A stretch of DNA of 64,000 nt from an uncultured Gammaproteobacteria bacterium. GTDB lineage: Bacteria; Pseudomonadota; Gammaproteobacteria; GCA-001735895. The notes beneath the pieces were generated by a model. The model searched no databases. It was not told where the DNA came from and saw only the letters and a program-made list of their open reading frames with translations. Every line of letters begins with the position of its first letter. The stretch's first letter is position 1. The translations under genes and the position numbers were made by a program. Shown here one piece after another: positions 10,503 to 21,271 of the stretch. The DNA is taken from contig CAMYLU010000001.1 of NCBI GenBank assembly GCA_947259485.1, positions 38,897 through 102,896 on the forward strand, given 5' to 3'.

Positions 10503-11795
10503 TCAGGCAGCCGCACGCCGACCTTGTTTGTAGCGCTGGTTTTTACCCTGTTGCGCAGTGTTTTTCGATTGACCCTTACCTTTGTGCTGAAAACGCCGTT
10601 TCGGCTTGTTCCTGGTTTGGGGCCGCCCGCGCTCGATTGGTTCCGCCTTTATCGAGTCATCAGGCTCGTATCCCTCGATTATGCGTTTCGGAATCTGGCA
10701 CTTGATCACGCGTTCAATATCCCTGAGCAATTTCAGTTCATCGATACATACCAGCGAAACCGCTTCACCCTCGCGCCCAGCGCGACCGGTGCGACCGATG
10801 CGATGCACGTAGTCTTCGGGGACGTTGGGTAAATCATAATTGACCACGTGCGGCAACTGATCGATATCGAGTCCGCGCGCCGCGATGTCGGTTGCCACCA
10901 ACACCTGGATCTTGCCAGCCTTGAAGTCTGCAAGCGCTCGGGTTCGCGCACCCTGGCTCTTGTTGCCATGGATTGCGGAGGCATCGATACCATCGGTAAT
11001 CAGCTGCGCGGCTAACCGGTTTGCGCCATGCTTGGTGCGGCTGAAAACCAACACCTGTTGCCAGCGATTGGCGCCGATCAGCTGCGACAGCAGTTCACGC
11101 TTGCGGTTCTTGTCGACGGGATGAATAACCTGCTGGATGGTTTCCACGGCAGTGTTGCGCCTGGCGACTTCGACCAGGGCGGGCGACTTCAGCAGGCCAT
11201 TGGCGAGCTTCTTGATATCGTCCGAAAAGGTAGCCGAGAACAGCAGGGTTTGCTTCTGTTTCGGAACCAGGGCAAGCAGCTTGCGGATATCGTGAATAAA
11301 ACCCATGTCGAGCATACGGTCAGCTTCGTCAAGTACCAGCAATTCTACACTAGAAAGGTCCACAGATCTCTGGCCAACATGATCGAGCAGTCTGCCCGGG
11401 GTGGCAACCAGGATGTCGACGCCGCGAATCAGTTTCTGCTTTTGCGGATTAATGCTGACCCCGCCAAATACCACGGCTGATTTCAACGGCAGCCACTTGC
11501 CGTAATTATTTATGCTTTCGGCAACCTGTGCTGCAAGTTCCCGGGTGGGTGTTACCACCAACGCACGGATGACGCGACGCCCATTTTGTGGCGGCCTGGT
11601 TGCTGCCAGGCGCTGTAACAGGGGCAGGGTAAATCCGGCGGTTTTACCGGTTCCGGTTTGTGCACTGCCCATCAGGTCCCGGCCTTTGAGTATGAGCGGG
11701 ATCGCTTGCTTTTGTATCGGGGTGGGCGTGCTATAGCCTTTTTCGGATACAGCACGGACTAACTCGGCCTTAAGGCCAAGATCATTAAATGACAT
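10503..11795 (-). CDS. rhlE: DEAD-box RNA helicase RhlE
   Basis: [29 protein letters not shown]; basic C-tail; start MSFNDLGL. Confidence 0.93.
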   Translation of the reverse strand: MSFNDLGLKAELVRAVSEKGYSTPTPIQKQAIPLILKGRDLMGSAQTGTGKTAGFTLPLLQRLAATRPPQNGRRVIRALVVTPTRELAAQVAESINNYGKWLPLKSAVVFGGVSINPQKQKLIRGVDILVATPGRLLDHVGQRSVDLSSVELLVLDEADRMLDMGFIHDIRKLLALVPKQKQTLLFSATFSDDIKKLANGLLKSPALVEVARRNTAVETIQQVIHPVDKNRKRELLSQLIGANRWQQVLVFSRTKHGANRLAAQLITDGIDASAIHGNKSQGARTRALADFKAGKIQVLVATDIAARGLDIDQLPHVVNYDLPNVPEDYVHRIGRTGRAGREGEAVSLVCIDELKLLRDIERVIKCQIPKRIIEGYEPDDSIKAEPIERGRPQTRNKPKRRFQHKGKGQSKNTAQQGKNQRYKQGRRAAA

Positions 11796-11951
11796 GTTGT
11801 GAAATTCTCCAGCAATCAACCCGCCAGATCACACTAATGCGACTGGAACGGCCAGGGTAGATTTAAACGCTTATGAGCGGGTAATCCTGAAAGATTACCG
11901 TTTAAAGACAGGTGCAGACCGATCGGCACCAGAAAGATTGCGCGCAGCATA
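11796..11951 (-). promoter_or_regulatory. Structured 5' leader and extended -10 upstream of rhlE
   Basis: TGTATGCT -10-like; TTTAAA-[GGTAATC/GATTACC]-[CGCT/AGCG]-TTTAAA multi-stem; further CCAGTCGCA/TGTGATCTGG hairpin. Confidence 0.5.
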
Positions 11952-11986
11952 CACGAAAACACGCCGTATAGGTGATTTATATTAGT

Positions 11987-12640
11987 TTAGTCGTTATCGG
12001 TGAGCCCGGCGCCCGCACCCGCACGTGACTCCTCGGTAGCCGGGGCATAAGTCTCAAAAGCGAGTTCATTGATGCACTTGAAGGTGTTGCTATCGATTTG
12101 ATAGGCGAACGTCGAAGGTAATTGTTGCGGCGTCGACAGGTCGTCCCGGTAACAGCTCACCGCATCAACCGCGGGCAGTAGCAAATCATCGCTGTTACCT
12201 TCGATGCTGAGTCCGTTCTCAAAGCAACTCACACGCACACCTGCCCAGGCGGTGGTGAATACTGTTCGGTGACAACGCGCCGCTTGCCCCACGGTAGCGG
12301 CAAGCAACAGCGGGTAGGCGGTGGATCCAAGCTCGAACTTTTTACCTTCGAGCATTTGCGCCGAACGATCGGCAAGTGCCGCGCCGGTAATGATCGGACA
12401 TAGCAAGCCACCGCTTGATTGCCAGGGCTGCGCGCTGCAGTTCGGAATAAGACCAAGGTAGTCCCTGTGTTTTAAGTATTGCAAATGCGCGAACAAGATT
12501 TCAGGACCGGGCAGGTTGAAAGCAGCCAGCCAGCGTGCAGCCTTGCCCGCCTCTTCGGCGATCCCCCATTCCAGGCCACGGGCGCGCGCGGCCTTGCGCA
12601 GGTAGGACTCGGTTTCAGCGAGCGTGAGGTTATAACTCAC
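11987..12640 (-). CDS. DUF3726-like protein
   Basis: RKAARARGLEWGIAEEAG, TYAPATEESRAGAGAGLTDND; GTG start overlaps upstream TGA (GTGA). Confidence 0.75.
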   Translation of the reverse strand: MSYNLTLAETESYLRKAARARGLEWGIAEEAGKAARWLAAFNLPGPEILFAHLQYLKHRDYLGLIPNCSAQPWQSSGGLLCPIITGAALADRSAQMLEGKKFELGSTAYPLLLAATVGQAARCHRTVFTTAWAGVRVSCFENGLSIEGNSDDLLLPAVDAVSCYRDDLSTPQQLPSTFAYQIDSNTFKCINELAFETYAPATEESRAGAGAGLTDND

Positions 12641-14313
12641 GGTGCCGCTGCAAGTAACTCGTATGGGAATGGCGCATCCTGGTACATGCAGATACGTACC
12701 CAGCGGTCCGAGCGCGGGTCGAACTTGGTGGCGCCGAAGAACGACAGCTTGCAACGCAAAATATCGATCGGCAGCATGTCGGCCGCAATGAGGTTGTCCT
12801 GGATTTCGGCAAAGGGGCGCGAAGCCAGGTTCTGCACGCGCCGTGCCGTATGGCGGTGCTGGGGATGGGCCAGCAGAAATTCTGCCGTAGTCGGTCCGTC
12901 GCTCCATGACTTCAAGGCCGCGTGCAGTTGCTTGATGTCACAACCAACTGCGAGCGGTAATTCATATTCGGCGCCAGGCTCCTCAAACCGCTCACCGACG
13001 CGGGGCTCGAGTTTTTCCGCCGAGGTGTACCAGAAGCGCGCGCGATTTTGCGGCTGATCATAGTCGACCTTTAGGGCCCATTCGCATTGTTTTTCGATAA
13101 TCTCGCGCAGGCGCGCAAGCGGCATCGCACCGTCGATGAAAAAGCTCAGATGCTCATCGGCGTCCATGCACTGGGTTAATTCATCAACCAGTTCAGCGTA
13201 GGGTTCGAGTAACAATGACACCAACTGCTCCTGTCCTTCCAGCGACAAGTTATCTTCCGCCCAACGATAGAAGCGGTCCCAGGGATGATCATCGCCAAGC
13301 AATTCACTGCCAATGTAACCTGCCATTTGCTCGAGGTCGGAGGCCAGGGCTTTCAATTTTTCAATCTGGATCGGATGCTGCGAATGCCATTGCGAAACGT
13401 TGAAGCAGGCATGTTCGAAATGTTGTTTAAACTCGTCGATCGACGCCGGCGCAGCCTGCGCCAGCGAACGCACGCGCGCGAGCGCTTCTTCGCGTGCCAT
13501 CATCCAGTTATTGAGTAACGCCGGGTGATTAATTAGAAACGGCGCCATGCCGAGACCGGTGGAATTACCCACGCCGATGCGGCGACGCAATTCGGGATCG
13601 ATGGTAACCGCCTGGCCGCCACCACGGACACTGGCAATATGCTCGACCAGGTCGATCGAAAACGCTCGCGTCAGCCACACCGATAACAATTCGGCCTGAA
13701 ACGGGCCGCTCAGCTCCGGTCGTTCGGCAATTGTCAGTCGATCGGCTGCGCCAAATTTGCCGGATCCGTAAACCGCGGTAGTGCGCATCAGGTAACCCAC
13801 CGCTTCAAGCTGGTCGCGATCAGGCTGCTGGCCATGCGCAAGACACTCGATAACGTGTTGCCATAACCGCACCGAACGATTCGCGCGCGACAGGCTGAGC
13901 TCGGAGTCGGAAATACGGCCCGCCTCCTGCTTCGGCACGTTCTGCTCGAGGCGGTCGAGATCGGCCTCGCTCGGAATACCATCGAAAAGCGTGAAAGTGG
14001 CATCCCAGGCTGTCGCGATAACGCGATCGGAACGCATGTCGTCGGATAAGTCATGCGAAAAGGCTACCAGCGAGTAGGTTCGTGCGGGTCCGTATACCGT
14101 GTAAACCGCACGTCCGAATCCCTGCTCATCGATCGCCCACAGGTTGCGTTTGAATTTCCAGTCCTCTTTTTTGAGGCGCCGCAATAACGTGCGCATGAAT
14201 GACAACCGGGTCTGGTGAAAGCTGCCCATGCGCGCCAGTCGCATCACCACTTCGGGTGGTCTGCGGTAGCCCGCCGCCGCCGGCATCGGATTTTTATCAG
14301 CGCAGTCGCTCAT
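12637..14313 (-). CDS. Conserved hypothetical protein (558 aa)
   Basis: Long ORF translationally coupled in operon; GVGNSTGLGMAPF, FDPRSDRWVRI. Confidence 0.8.
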   Translation of the reverse strand: MSDCADKNPMPAAAGYRRPPEVVMRLARMGSFHQTRLSFMRTLLRRLKKEDWKFKRNLWAIDEQGFGRAVYTVYGPARTYSLVAFSHDLSDDMRSDRVIATAWDATFTLFDGIPSEADLDRLEQNVPKQEAGRISDSELSLSRANRSVRLWQHVIECLAHGQQPDRDQLEAVGYLMRTTAVYGSGKFGAADRLTIAERPELSGPFQAELLSVWLTRAFSIDLVEHIASVRGGGQAVTIDPELRRRIGVGNSTGLGMAPFLINHPALLNNWMMAREEALARVRSLAQAAPASIDEFKQHFEHACFNVSQWHSQHPIQIEKLKALASDLEQMAGYIGSELLGDDHPWDRFYRWAEDNLSLEGQEQLVSLLLEPYAELVDELTQCMDADEHLSFFIDGAMPLARLREIIEKQCEWALKVDYDQPQNRARFWYTSAEKLEPRVGERFEEPGAEYELPLAVGCDIKQLHAALKSWSDGPTTAEFLLAHPQHRHTARRVQNLASRPFAEIQDNLIAADMLPIDILRCKLSFFGATKFDPRSDRWVRICMYQDAPFPYELLAAAP

Positions 14314-14315
14314 GC

Positions 14316-15305
14316 TTAATAATCCGGCCCAAAGTTTTCATCGAAGAATCGCAGCCAGTTGTTGCCCATGATTTTCGCGGTGTCCGTAACGTCGAAACCG
14401 ACCTCAAGCAAACCCTTTTCGACATTGCCGAATTCGCGATTATCATGGAACCATTCCGGCATTGGCGGGAAGCCGGCATTGCTAGCCGAACCCTCGCCGT
14501 AATCGATCTTCTTGGTCCAGCGGCCAACGCGCATCCATTCGACCACCGAGTCCGGTTGATCCTGGCACAGGTCGGAACCGAGCCCGATATGGTCGACGCC
14601 CATGACCTCGGCGCAATCGGCAATCATCTGGCAAAAACTCTGCAGGCTGCAGTCGCTACCATCCTTTAGGTGATGGGGGTACATGCTAAAACCCAGCATG
14701 CCACCGGTTTCGCCCAGACCTATTAGAATTGCGTCCGACTTGTTGCGTAAAGCGGGATGCCAGAATGCCGGGTTGGCGTGCGTCACCACGATTGGACGGG
14801 CACTGACTTCGATCGCTTCCAGGGTCGAACGCTCAGCCGAATGACTCATATCGACGACCAGGCCGACACGGTTCATTTCCGCGATCACTTCACGACCCAT
14901 GCGGGTCACACCGGTATCTTCGGTTTCGTAGCAGCCGGTGGCCAGCAGTGACTGGTTGTTATAGGTCAGCTGCATGAAGCGCGCGCCGAGCGTATGTAAA
15001 ATCTCGACCAGGCGAATATCGTCTTCAATCGGTGACGGATTCTGAAAACCGTAAAAAATCGCGGTGCGCTTGGTATCCCGCGCGAGACGCACATCGTCAC
15101 CGGTGAAGCCCTGGAAAATCAGGTGCGGAAAACGCTCGAAGTGGCTGTTCCACTGTTCCATGTTGGCCACGGTTTCACGAAAGTTTTCATGGTAGGCAAT
15201 GGTGACATGAACTGCATCGACCCCGCCGGCGCGCATTTGCTCGAAGATTTTCTCGGACCAGTTGGCGTATTGCAGCGCATCGATGCGATATGGGATTTCG
15301 GTCAT
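14316..15305 (-). CDS. Membrane dipeptidase (M19/amidohydrolase) family protein
   Basis: MQLTYNNQ, VDMSHS, THAN, IGLGSD. Confidence 0.88.
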   Translation of the reverse strand: MTEIPYRIDALQYANWSEKIFEQMRAGGVDAVHVTIAYHENFRETVANMEQWNSHFERFPHLIFQGFTGDDVRLARDTKRTAIFYGFQNPSPIEDDIRLVEILHTLGARFMQLTYNNQSLLATGCYETEDTGVTRMGREVIAEMNRVGLVVDMSHSAERSTLEAIEVSARPIVVTHANPAFWHPALRNKSDAILIGLGETGGMLGFSMYPHHLKDGSDCSLQSFCQMIADCAEVMGVDHIGLGSDLCQDQPDSVVEWMRVGRWTKKIDYGEGSASNAGFPPMPEWFHDNREFGNVEKGLLEVGFDVTDTAKIMGNNWLRFFDENFGPDY

Positions 15306-16753
15306 GCCGGATTACCGCTTGCGATATAGGCCGTTTTGACCGTGGTGTAAAACTCCTGGGCATACTGTCCCTGCTCGCGCGGGCCGTAAGACGACTCGCC
15401 GCGCCCACCGAAGGGCACATGGTAATCGGTGCCGGCCGTCGGCAGGTTAACCATCACGCAGCCGGTTTTTACATTGCGGCGGAAATGCGTCGCCCGCGCG
15501 AGACTGCTGGTAATAATTCCCGCCGTCAAACCAAATCGGGTGTCGTTGACGGTTGCGAGCGCCTCGTCGTAGGAATCAACCTTGATAACGCAGGCGATCG
15601 GCGCAAATAATTCCTCGCGATTGACCTGCCAGTCATTGCGCGTGCCGACAAATACCGCCGGGGTCATAAAGTAACCCTCGGTTTCACGCTCGACATGCTC
15701 ACCGCCACAAAGCAGCTCGCCACCTTCTTTTTGCGCAAGCTCGACATTGGCCAGGTTTTGCTGCAACTGGGCGTCGCTCGAAACCGGGCCGATCTGGGTG
15801 CCCGGTTCGAGTGCATGCCCGACTACCATGTTACGCGCACCCTCGACCAGGCGTTCAACGAAATTGTCATGCACCGTCTTGTGCACCACGACGCGTGACG
15901 AGGCCGTACATTTTTGACCGGTGCTACCGAAAGCGCCGCCCAGCGCGCAGGCGAGCGCGGTATCCAGATCAGCGTCATCCATGATCGCGAGCGCGTTCTT
16001 GGAACCCATTTCGAGCTGAACCTTGGTGAAATTGGTAACCGCCGACTGCGCGATACCGCGCCCCACCGGGACCGAACCGGTAAAGCTGATCGCGTTGACC
16101 TGCGGGCTTTCGACGAGTTCCTGGCCGACTCCACTGCCCGAGCCCATAACCAGGTTGAACAATCCCGCCGGGACGTCCTGCCGCGAAATGATCTCTGCAA
16201 GTGCGACCGCACTTGCGGGCACCAGGTTGGCGGGTTTCCAGATCACCGCGTTACCAAATGCGAGCGCGGGCGCAATTTTCCATACCGCGGTCGCAATCGG
16301 AAAATTCCATGGGGAAATGACAGCCACGGTACCCACCGGTTCGCGGCGTACATCAACTTCGATGCCTTCACGTACCGAGTCGGCATTGTCACCGATCTGG
16401 CGCAGTGCCTCGGCGGCATAGTAGGTGAAAAACTGGCCCGAGCGATAAACCTCGCCCTTGCCCTCGGGCTGGGTTTTACCTTCTTCGCGCGCGAGCAAGG
16501 TGCCGAGTTCCTCGCAACGATCGATCAATTCATTACCGATGGCCATCAACACGTTGTAACGACGTTCGAGCCCGGCACCCGCCCATTCGCGTTGCGCGGC
16601 CTGCGCGGCATCGAGCGCTCGCTGCAATTGCGCGCTATCGGCCTGGGCGTACTGACCGATGGTATCGGACAAATCGGAGGGGTTGATATTAGCGATTTCA
16701 CTGGCACCGGCGAGCCATTCGCCAGCAATGAAATTTTTATTCAGGTTAGACAT
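15302..16753 (-). CDS. Aldehyde dehydrogenase (2,5-dioxovalerate DH-like)
   Basis: PWNFP, FTGS, LEMGSKN, GQKCTA, EELFAP. Confidence 0.92.
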   Translation of the reverse strand: MSNLNKNFIAGEWLAGASEIANINPSDLSDTIGQYAQADSAQLQRALDAAQAAQREWAGAGLERRYNVLMAIGNELIDRCEELGTLLAREEGKTQPEGKGEVYRSGQFFTYYAAEALRQIGDNADSVREGIEVDVRREPVGTVAVISPWNFPIATAVWKIAPALAFGNAVIWKPANLVPASAVALAEIISRQDVPAGLFNLVMGSGSGVGQELVESPQVNAISFTGSVPVGRGIAQSAVTNFTKVQLEMGSKNALAIMDDADLDTALACALGGAFGSTGQKCTASSRVVVHKTVHDNFVERLVEGARNMVVGHALEPGTQIGPVSSDAQLQQNLANVELAQKEGGELLCGGEHVERETEGYFMTPAVFVGTRNDWQVNREELFAPIACVIKVDSYDEALATVNDTRFGLTAGIITSSLARATHFRRNVKTGCVMVNLPTAGTDYHVPFGGRGESSYGPREQGQYAQEFYTTVKTAYIASGNPA

Positions 16754-16867
16754 TACATTTCCCGCAAACGGCTCATAGTTGCCATACACAATAAGTCCGG
16801 TCATTCACGCCGTCAATGATTAAACCATTAAAAGAATCGTGCAGAAATAGCCGGGAGCAATCCAGAC

Positions 16868-16997
16868 GCCACCTTGGAAAATAGCCCACAAAAGGCGCTG
16901 CCAACCGGCGCGAGCGCCGGTTGGTCCATCCATGGAGACGCTTGAAGCTCGGCATCCATGCCTCGCTACACTTTTGTGGGCTATTCTCCAAGATGGC
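16868..16997. repeat. Structured intergenic repeat, copy 2 (inverted relative to copy 1)
   Basis: GCCACCTTGGAAAATAGCCCACAAAAG ... CTTTTGTGGGCTATTCTCCAAGATGGC; reverse complement shares CCATGGATGGACCAACCGGCGCTYGCGCCGGTTGG core with 4179-4322. Confidence 0.9.
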
Positions 16998-17036
16998 TAA
17001 CGAAAATATCGATAGCCGATAGAGTAGTAACTGCGA

Positions 17037-18083
17037 TTAATTGAGGACGAGGGTGTCGCCGATCCTGGCGGGCTGGAACTGTTCAAGGTCAAGGCCGCGG
17101 CGGTTCATTTCCTCGACTAGTAGTTGCGCGGGTTCGAGTATCGGCTCAATGGTCAACTGGAAAGTGCCCCAGTGGATCGGCAACGATTGCTGCGCGTTTA
17201 CCTCGAGGTGAATGTCGATCGCCTGGGCCGGGTCGACATGTGCGCTCTCCATGAAATAACGCGGTGCATAGGCACCGATGGGAATCATCGCCAGGCGAAA
17301 CGGGCCCAGGCGTTTGCCAATGTCCTTGAAATAGCGTTCGTTATAACCGGTATCCCCGGCAAACCAGCTGTTGAAACCTGCAATATCGACAGCCCATCCA
17401 CCCCACAGGGTTTTGTTGGTGTCCCAGGGCGTGCGTTTCGACCAATGCTGTGCCGGCGTCATCGTCACTTCGACCTGGTCATTGAAGCGATGCTTCTCCC
17501 ACCAATCGAGTTCGACTACGCGCTCATCGGAAATTCCGCGCTCGACAAACCAGGCCTTTAGTCCCAGCGGCACATACCAGAGTACCGAATCGCCAAACAT
17601 ATCGACGGTACGATGATCGAGCGAATCATAGTGGTTGTGCGACAGCAAGATGAAATCAACCTTTGGCATTTGCTCGAAGCTCAGCGCAGGCTGGGTATAG
17701 CGTGGCTCGACCGCAAATTCGTAGTAAAACGGGTACTGGGTGAGGTGCGGATCGGTCAGATAGCTGATGCCGTTATATTGCACCAACGCGGTTGCATGCC
17801 CGATCCAGGTCACCCGCGGCCGGGTTGCGAAAGACTCGATCAAATCCAGATCAGCTTTGCCGACGATCGACCTGATTTCCTCGGAATCGCGCGGTGGCGG
17901 GTCGCCCTCTCGCAAGCGCATAAAAAAATGTCCTAGAAACGAACCCGTCTTGGTACTAACGAATTCGCCGTTACCATGATGCGCTTTTGCCGGGTCGAAT
18001 TCGACGCCTGTGTAAACACAACCCAGCAGTAAAAGGCAGAGTGTGCCGAGAATCGTCGGCCTGAATTTATCTGGTTTTTTCAC
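17037..18083 (-). CDS. MBL-fold metallohydrolase (NAPE-PLD/RomA-like)
   Basis: WIGHAT, SHNHYDSLD, AQHWS, PIHWGTF; N-terminal signal. Confidence 0.9.
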   Translation of the reverse strand: MKKPDKFRPTILGTLCLLLLGCVYTGVEFDPAKAHHGNGEFVSTKTGSFLGHFFMRLREGDPPPRDSEEIRSIVGKADLDLIESFATRPRVTWIGHATALVQYNGISYLTDPHLTQYPFYYEFAVEPRYTQPALSFEQMPKVDFILLSHNHYDSLDHRTVDMFGDSVLWYVPLGLKAWFVERGISDERVVELDWWEKHRFNDQVEVTMTPAQHWSKRTPWDTNKTLWGGWAVDIAGFNSWFAGDTGYNERYFKDIGKRLGPFRLAMIPIGAYAPRYFMESAHVDPAQAIDIHLEVNAQQSLPIHWGTFQLTIEPILEPAQLLVEEMNRRGLDLEQFQPARIGDTLVLN

Positions 18084-18163
18084 CCACCTTCCTGCAACTT
18101 TATTGCAGCTATTATACGGGAGAGGCGTGGTAACAGATCAATTGTCAATTCCAGGGATTCGCG

Positions 18164-20260
18164 TCATTCCGAGGGAAGTTTTGTTTCCAGGTACCTGGTC
18201 ATCTTGTCAGGGGACAGTGGCGCGCTGAAATAGTAGCCCTGGTAAATCTTGCATCCGTATTGCTTCAACAAGTGAAACTGGTCCAGTGCTTCGACACCCT
18301 CGGCAACGACCTCGAGACCAAGATGCTTTGAAAGCGCCAGGATCGAGGCAACCATGGCCTGGTCACCCGGGTCGTCACAGATATCCCTGACAAACGAGCG
18401 ATCGATCTTGATATGGTTTACCGGCAGGTTTTTTAAATGCGCCAGCGACGAGTAACCGGTACCGAAATCGTCAAGCGAGAAACTGATGCCGCTATGGTTG
18501 AGCTCTTTCATACGCAGTATCGCATCATCGAGGTTATGGATAATGTTGTGCTCGGTGACTTCCATCATGATGTTTTGCGACGGCACGTTGACGCGCGCGA
18601 GTTGCCCATGGATGTTTTCCGCGAACTGGGCATCGCGGAATTGTCGAGGACTGATGTTAATGCATAACATGAAATCTTCTGCAACCAGGCCCTGTTCCAT
18701 CCATAGCGTCATCTGCTTGAGCGCGGTTTCGATGACCCAACCACCCACATCGACAATTTGTCCCGATGATTCGAGCACGTCGAGAAATTCCGCGGGTGCG
18801 ACCAGGCCCAACTCGGGATTCTCCCAGCGAATCAGGGCTTCTGCACCGATTATTTCCATTGCAGTGTTAACCAGGGGTTGATAGTGAAGGCGGAACTGGT
18901 CTTCCTTGAGCGCTCGATGCAACTGGTTTTCAAGCTCCAGTTGGCGAGTGACTTCACTGCTCATGCTTTCGCTGAAAAATTCGAGCCGGTTACGCCCCTC
19001 TCGTTTGGCCTCGTACATCGCGGTATCGGCAAAGCGCAGCAAATCATGGCCACTGGTTGCTTCCTCCGAGATCATCGAGATGCCGATGCTCGCGGTGACG
19101 CGTAAATCGGTTTCATGAATTCGACATTCCATCGAGATAGTGTCACGAATCTTGTTGGCGATTTCACGCGCACGGGAAATAGCCTGCCGGCCATCCCGGC
19201 TCAAGCTCGACAGGATGACGATGAACTCATCGCCTCCGAGTCGCGCCACGGTATCGTCACCGCGCACCTGTCCCTTTAATCGCTGTGCGATTTCCTGCAG
19301 CACGAGGTCACCGGCCGGATGTCCGAGCGAATCGTTGATGTTCTTGAAGTTATCCAGGTCAATAAAAAAAAGCGCTCCGAAGCTCTGGTTGCGGCGTACG
19401 CGCACGACTTCCATATCGAGACGCTTGGCAAGCTCATTACGGTTCGGCAACCCGGTTAAGGTGTCGTAATAGGCGAGAAACTGGACGCGCTCTTCGGCCG
19501 CGCGCAGATGACGAATATCGCGCGCGATGGTTGAGAAAAACTCGATCTCACCCAGGTTGTTGCGATGCGAAATCAGGACCTGGGACGTGAGCACCTTGTC
19601 ACCATTGAGCGACATAAAAGTGGTTTCGTCAGTCCACATGCCCTCACGTATCGCCTGGGGAATACCTTCACTCAAAATCTTCTGGCCATCGGCGGGAGAG
19701 TGAAAATCGGCAAGACGGATACGGCGGATGTCTTCGTTCTTGCCGATTCCGAGCAGATTTCGGCCTGACTGGTTGATATAAGTCAGAAAGCCATCGAGAT
19801 TAGCAATACAAATCAGGTCCGGAGTCGCTTCGAGAATCGCGGTCAGGCGCTGCTGGCGTTCCCTGGCAAGTTTCTGATCGATGACCAGGCGCCATTCACG
19901 CATCACCCGGTTCGCGGTACGCGGCAATGACGCCAGGGATTCCTGGGTTTTGACGATGTACTCTGCCGCGCCAGACTTGATCGCGCTGACCGCCACTTTT
20001 TCGTCGCCATGACTGGTCATAACGATCGTCGGGAAACCGGTTGCGGAAGCTAAAAGCTCGGTACCCTGTCCATCAGGTAACCTGATATCCGTAATCACCA
20101 AATCTGGAGGGGTATGATTAATCAGGGATTTTGCCTGGGCCAGGCTCGTGGTAATAACCAGTCTGCAATGCGCTTCAGTTTCAAACGCCCGATTGATCAA
20201 GGTCGCATGATCCGGGTCATCCTCGACGAGTAAAATATTATATTCTGGCTGGACGGGCAT
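18164..20260 (-). CDS. REC-PAS-GGDEF-EAL c-di-GMP signalling protein
   Basis: LLVEDD receiver, PAS, GGDEF, EAL, DDFGTGYSS. Confidence 0.95.
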   Translation of the reverse strand: MPVQPEYNILLVEDDPDHATLINRAFETEAHCRLVITTSLAQAKSLINHTPPDLVITDIRLPDGQGTELLASATGFPTIVMTSHGDEKVAVSAIKSGAAEYIVKTQESLASLPRTANRVMREWRLVIDQKLARERQQRLTAILEATPDLICIANLDGFLTYINQSGRNLLGIGKNEDIRRIRLADFHSPADGQKILSEGIPQAIREGMWTDETTFMSLNGDKVLTSQVLISHRNNLGEIEFFSTIARDIRHLRAAEERVQFLAYYDTLTGLPNRNELAKRLDMEVVRVRRNQSFGALFFIDLDNFKNINDSLGHPAGDLVLQEIAQRLKGQVRGDDTVARLGGDEFIVILSSLSRDGRQAISRAREIANKIRDTISMECRIHETDLRVTASIGISMISEEATSGHDLLRFADTAMYEAKREGRNRLEFFSESMSSEVTRQLELENQLHRALKEDQFRLHYQPLVNTAMEIIGAEALIRWENPELGLVAPAEFLDVLESSGQIVDVGGWVIETALKQMTLWMEQGLVAEDFMLCINISPRQFRDAQFAENIHGQLARVNVPSQNIMMEVTEHNIIHNLDDAILRMKELNHSGISFSLDDFGTGYSSLAHLKNLPVNHIKIDRSFVRDICDDPGDQAMVASILALSKHLGLEVVAEGVEALDQFHLLKQYGCKIYQGYYFSAPLSPDKMTRYLETKLPSE

Positions 20261-20326
20261 GGCGCTGCGCTTGTACCTTGTATCACCGTATGCAAACTTC
20301 TCGCCGTTTTATCGGCAGGTGCCTGA

Positions 20327-21178
20327 TTATCCTAAGATAATACTTTTAATCTCTGCGCACTGCTGTCCACTGGTTTCGACGATTTCATCGAGGTTATTTT
20401 CGTCGAGTTCCAGTTTCCCGATCAAGAACTCGTGCCTGCTATCATATTCACCATCCTGCGCAAGATCGCTGCTGGTCAACAGGTTCGCCAAGGCCAGGAT
20501 CATGGTTGCCTGCTGATCGCTTCGGGCCAATTGATACTGGTGATGACAACGGGTGAGTTCACTCAGGGCCTCCGATAATCCCCAGGCTTCGATCAGCAGG
20601 GCACCAACCTCGGCGTGATCAAAGCCCATTAATTCGCGCTCTGCCTGGTCACGCAGCTGATGCTGCTCCTCGATCTGGCGTTTAACCGCATCGGCCAGGA
20701 CCTCGTCCTGCTGGTAAATAACGAGGATACCGATATCGTGCAACATGCCGGCAAGAAACAGGATCTCTGACTCGGGCCCGCCTGTCGTTTTTGCAATCAG
20801 GCGCGCGGTGATTCCGCAGCGCAAGCTGTGCAACCAGAACTCATCGATATTGATTCCACGATATTTTAATGCGCTCATCGAGCCCACCACAGTAGTGGCC
20901 AATACCAGGTTACGCAGATCGAGCTCGCCGATAATACCGACCGCGCTCGCAACCGTTTCAATCTCGCGCGCAAAACCGTAATAGGAACTATTGGCAATAC
21001 GCAGTACTCTTGCACTCAGGGAGGGATCGTATGCGATAATTTCGGCGATCTGCTCGCGACTGTGCTCCGGATCGTCGATCGTTTGCTGTAAACGCAAATA
21101 AATTTCCGGCAGGCTGATAAGCTGTAGAACGTTTTCTACCAGCGCCCGGGGTGTTTCTACTCTGACACCATTATCCAC
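20327..21178 (-). CDS. HDOD domain protein
   Basis: SLPEI, DPSLSARVLRIANS, GMLHDIG, DHAEVG. Confidence 0.92.
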   Translation of the reverse strand: MDNGVRVETPRALVENVLQLISLPEIYLRLQQTIDDPEHSREQIAEIIAYDPSLSARVLRIANSSYYGFAREIETVASAVGIIGELDLRNLVLATTVVGSMSALKYRGINIDEFWLHSLRCGITARLIAKTTGGPESEILFLAGMLHDIGILVIYQQDEVLADAVKRQIEEQHQLRDQAERELMGFDHAEVGALLIEAWGLSEALSELTRCHHQYQLARSDQQATMILALANLLTSSDLAQDGEYDSRHEFLIGKLELDENNLDEIVETSGQQCAEIKSIILG

Positions 21179-21271
21179 GATCTATTTGCATGATTACGAA
21201 AGTATTCGTAAGTATAGACGGGATAATTTATAAATCCGTGGGATGCCCGGGGGCAATAAACGGCAGGTCTA

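Noticed and set aside
12641-12907. N-terminal extension of ORF 11987..12907
   Set aside because: Overlaps the 558-aa gene in another frame; GTG at 12640 coupled to the upstream stop is more plausible.
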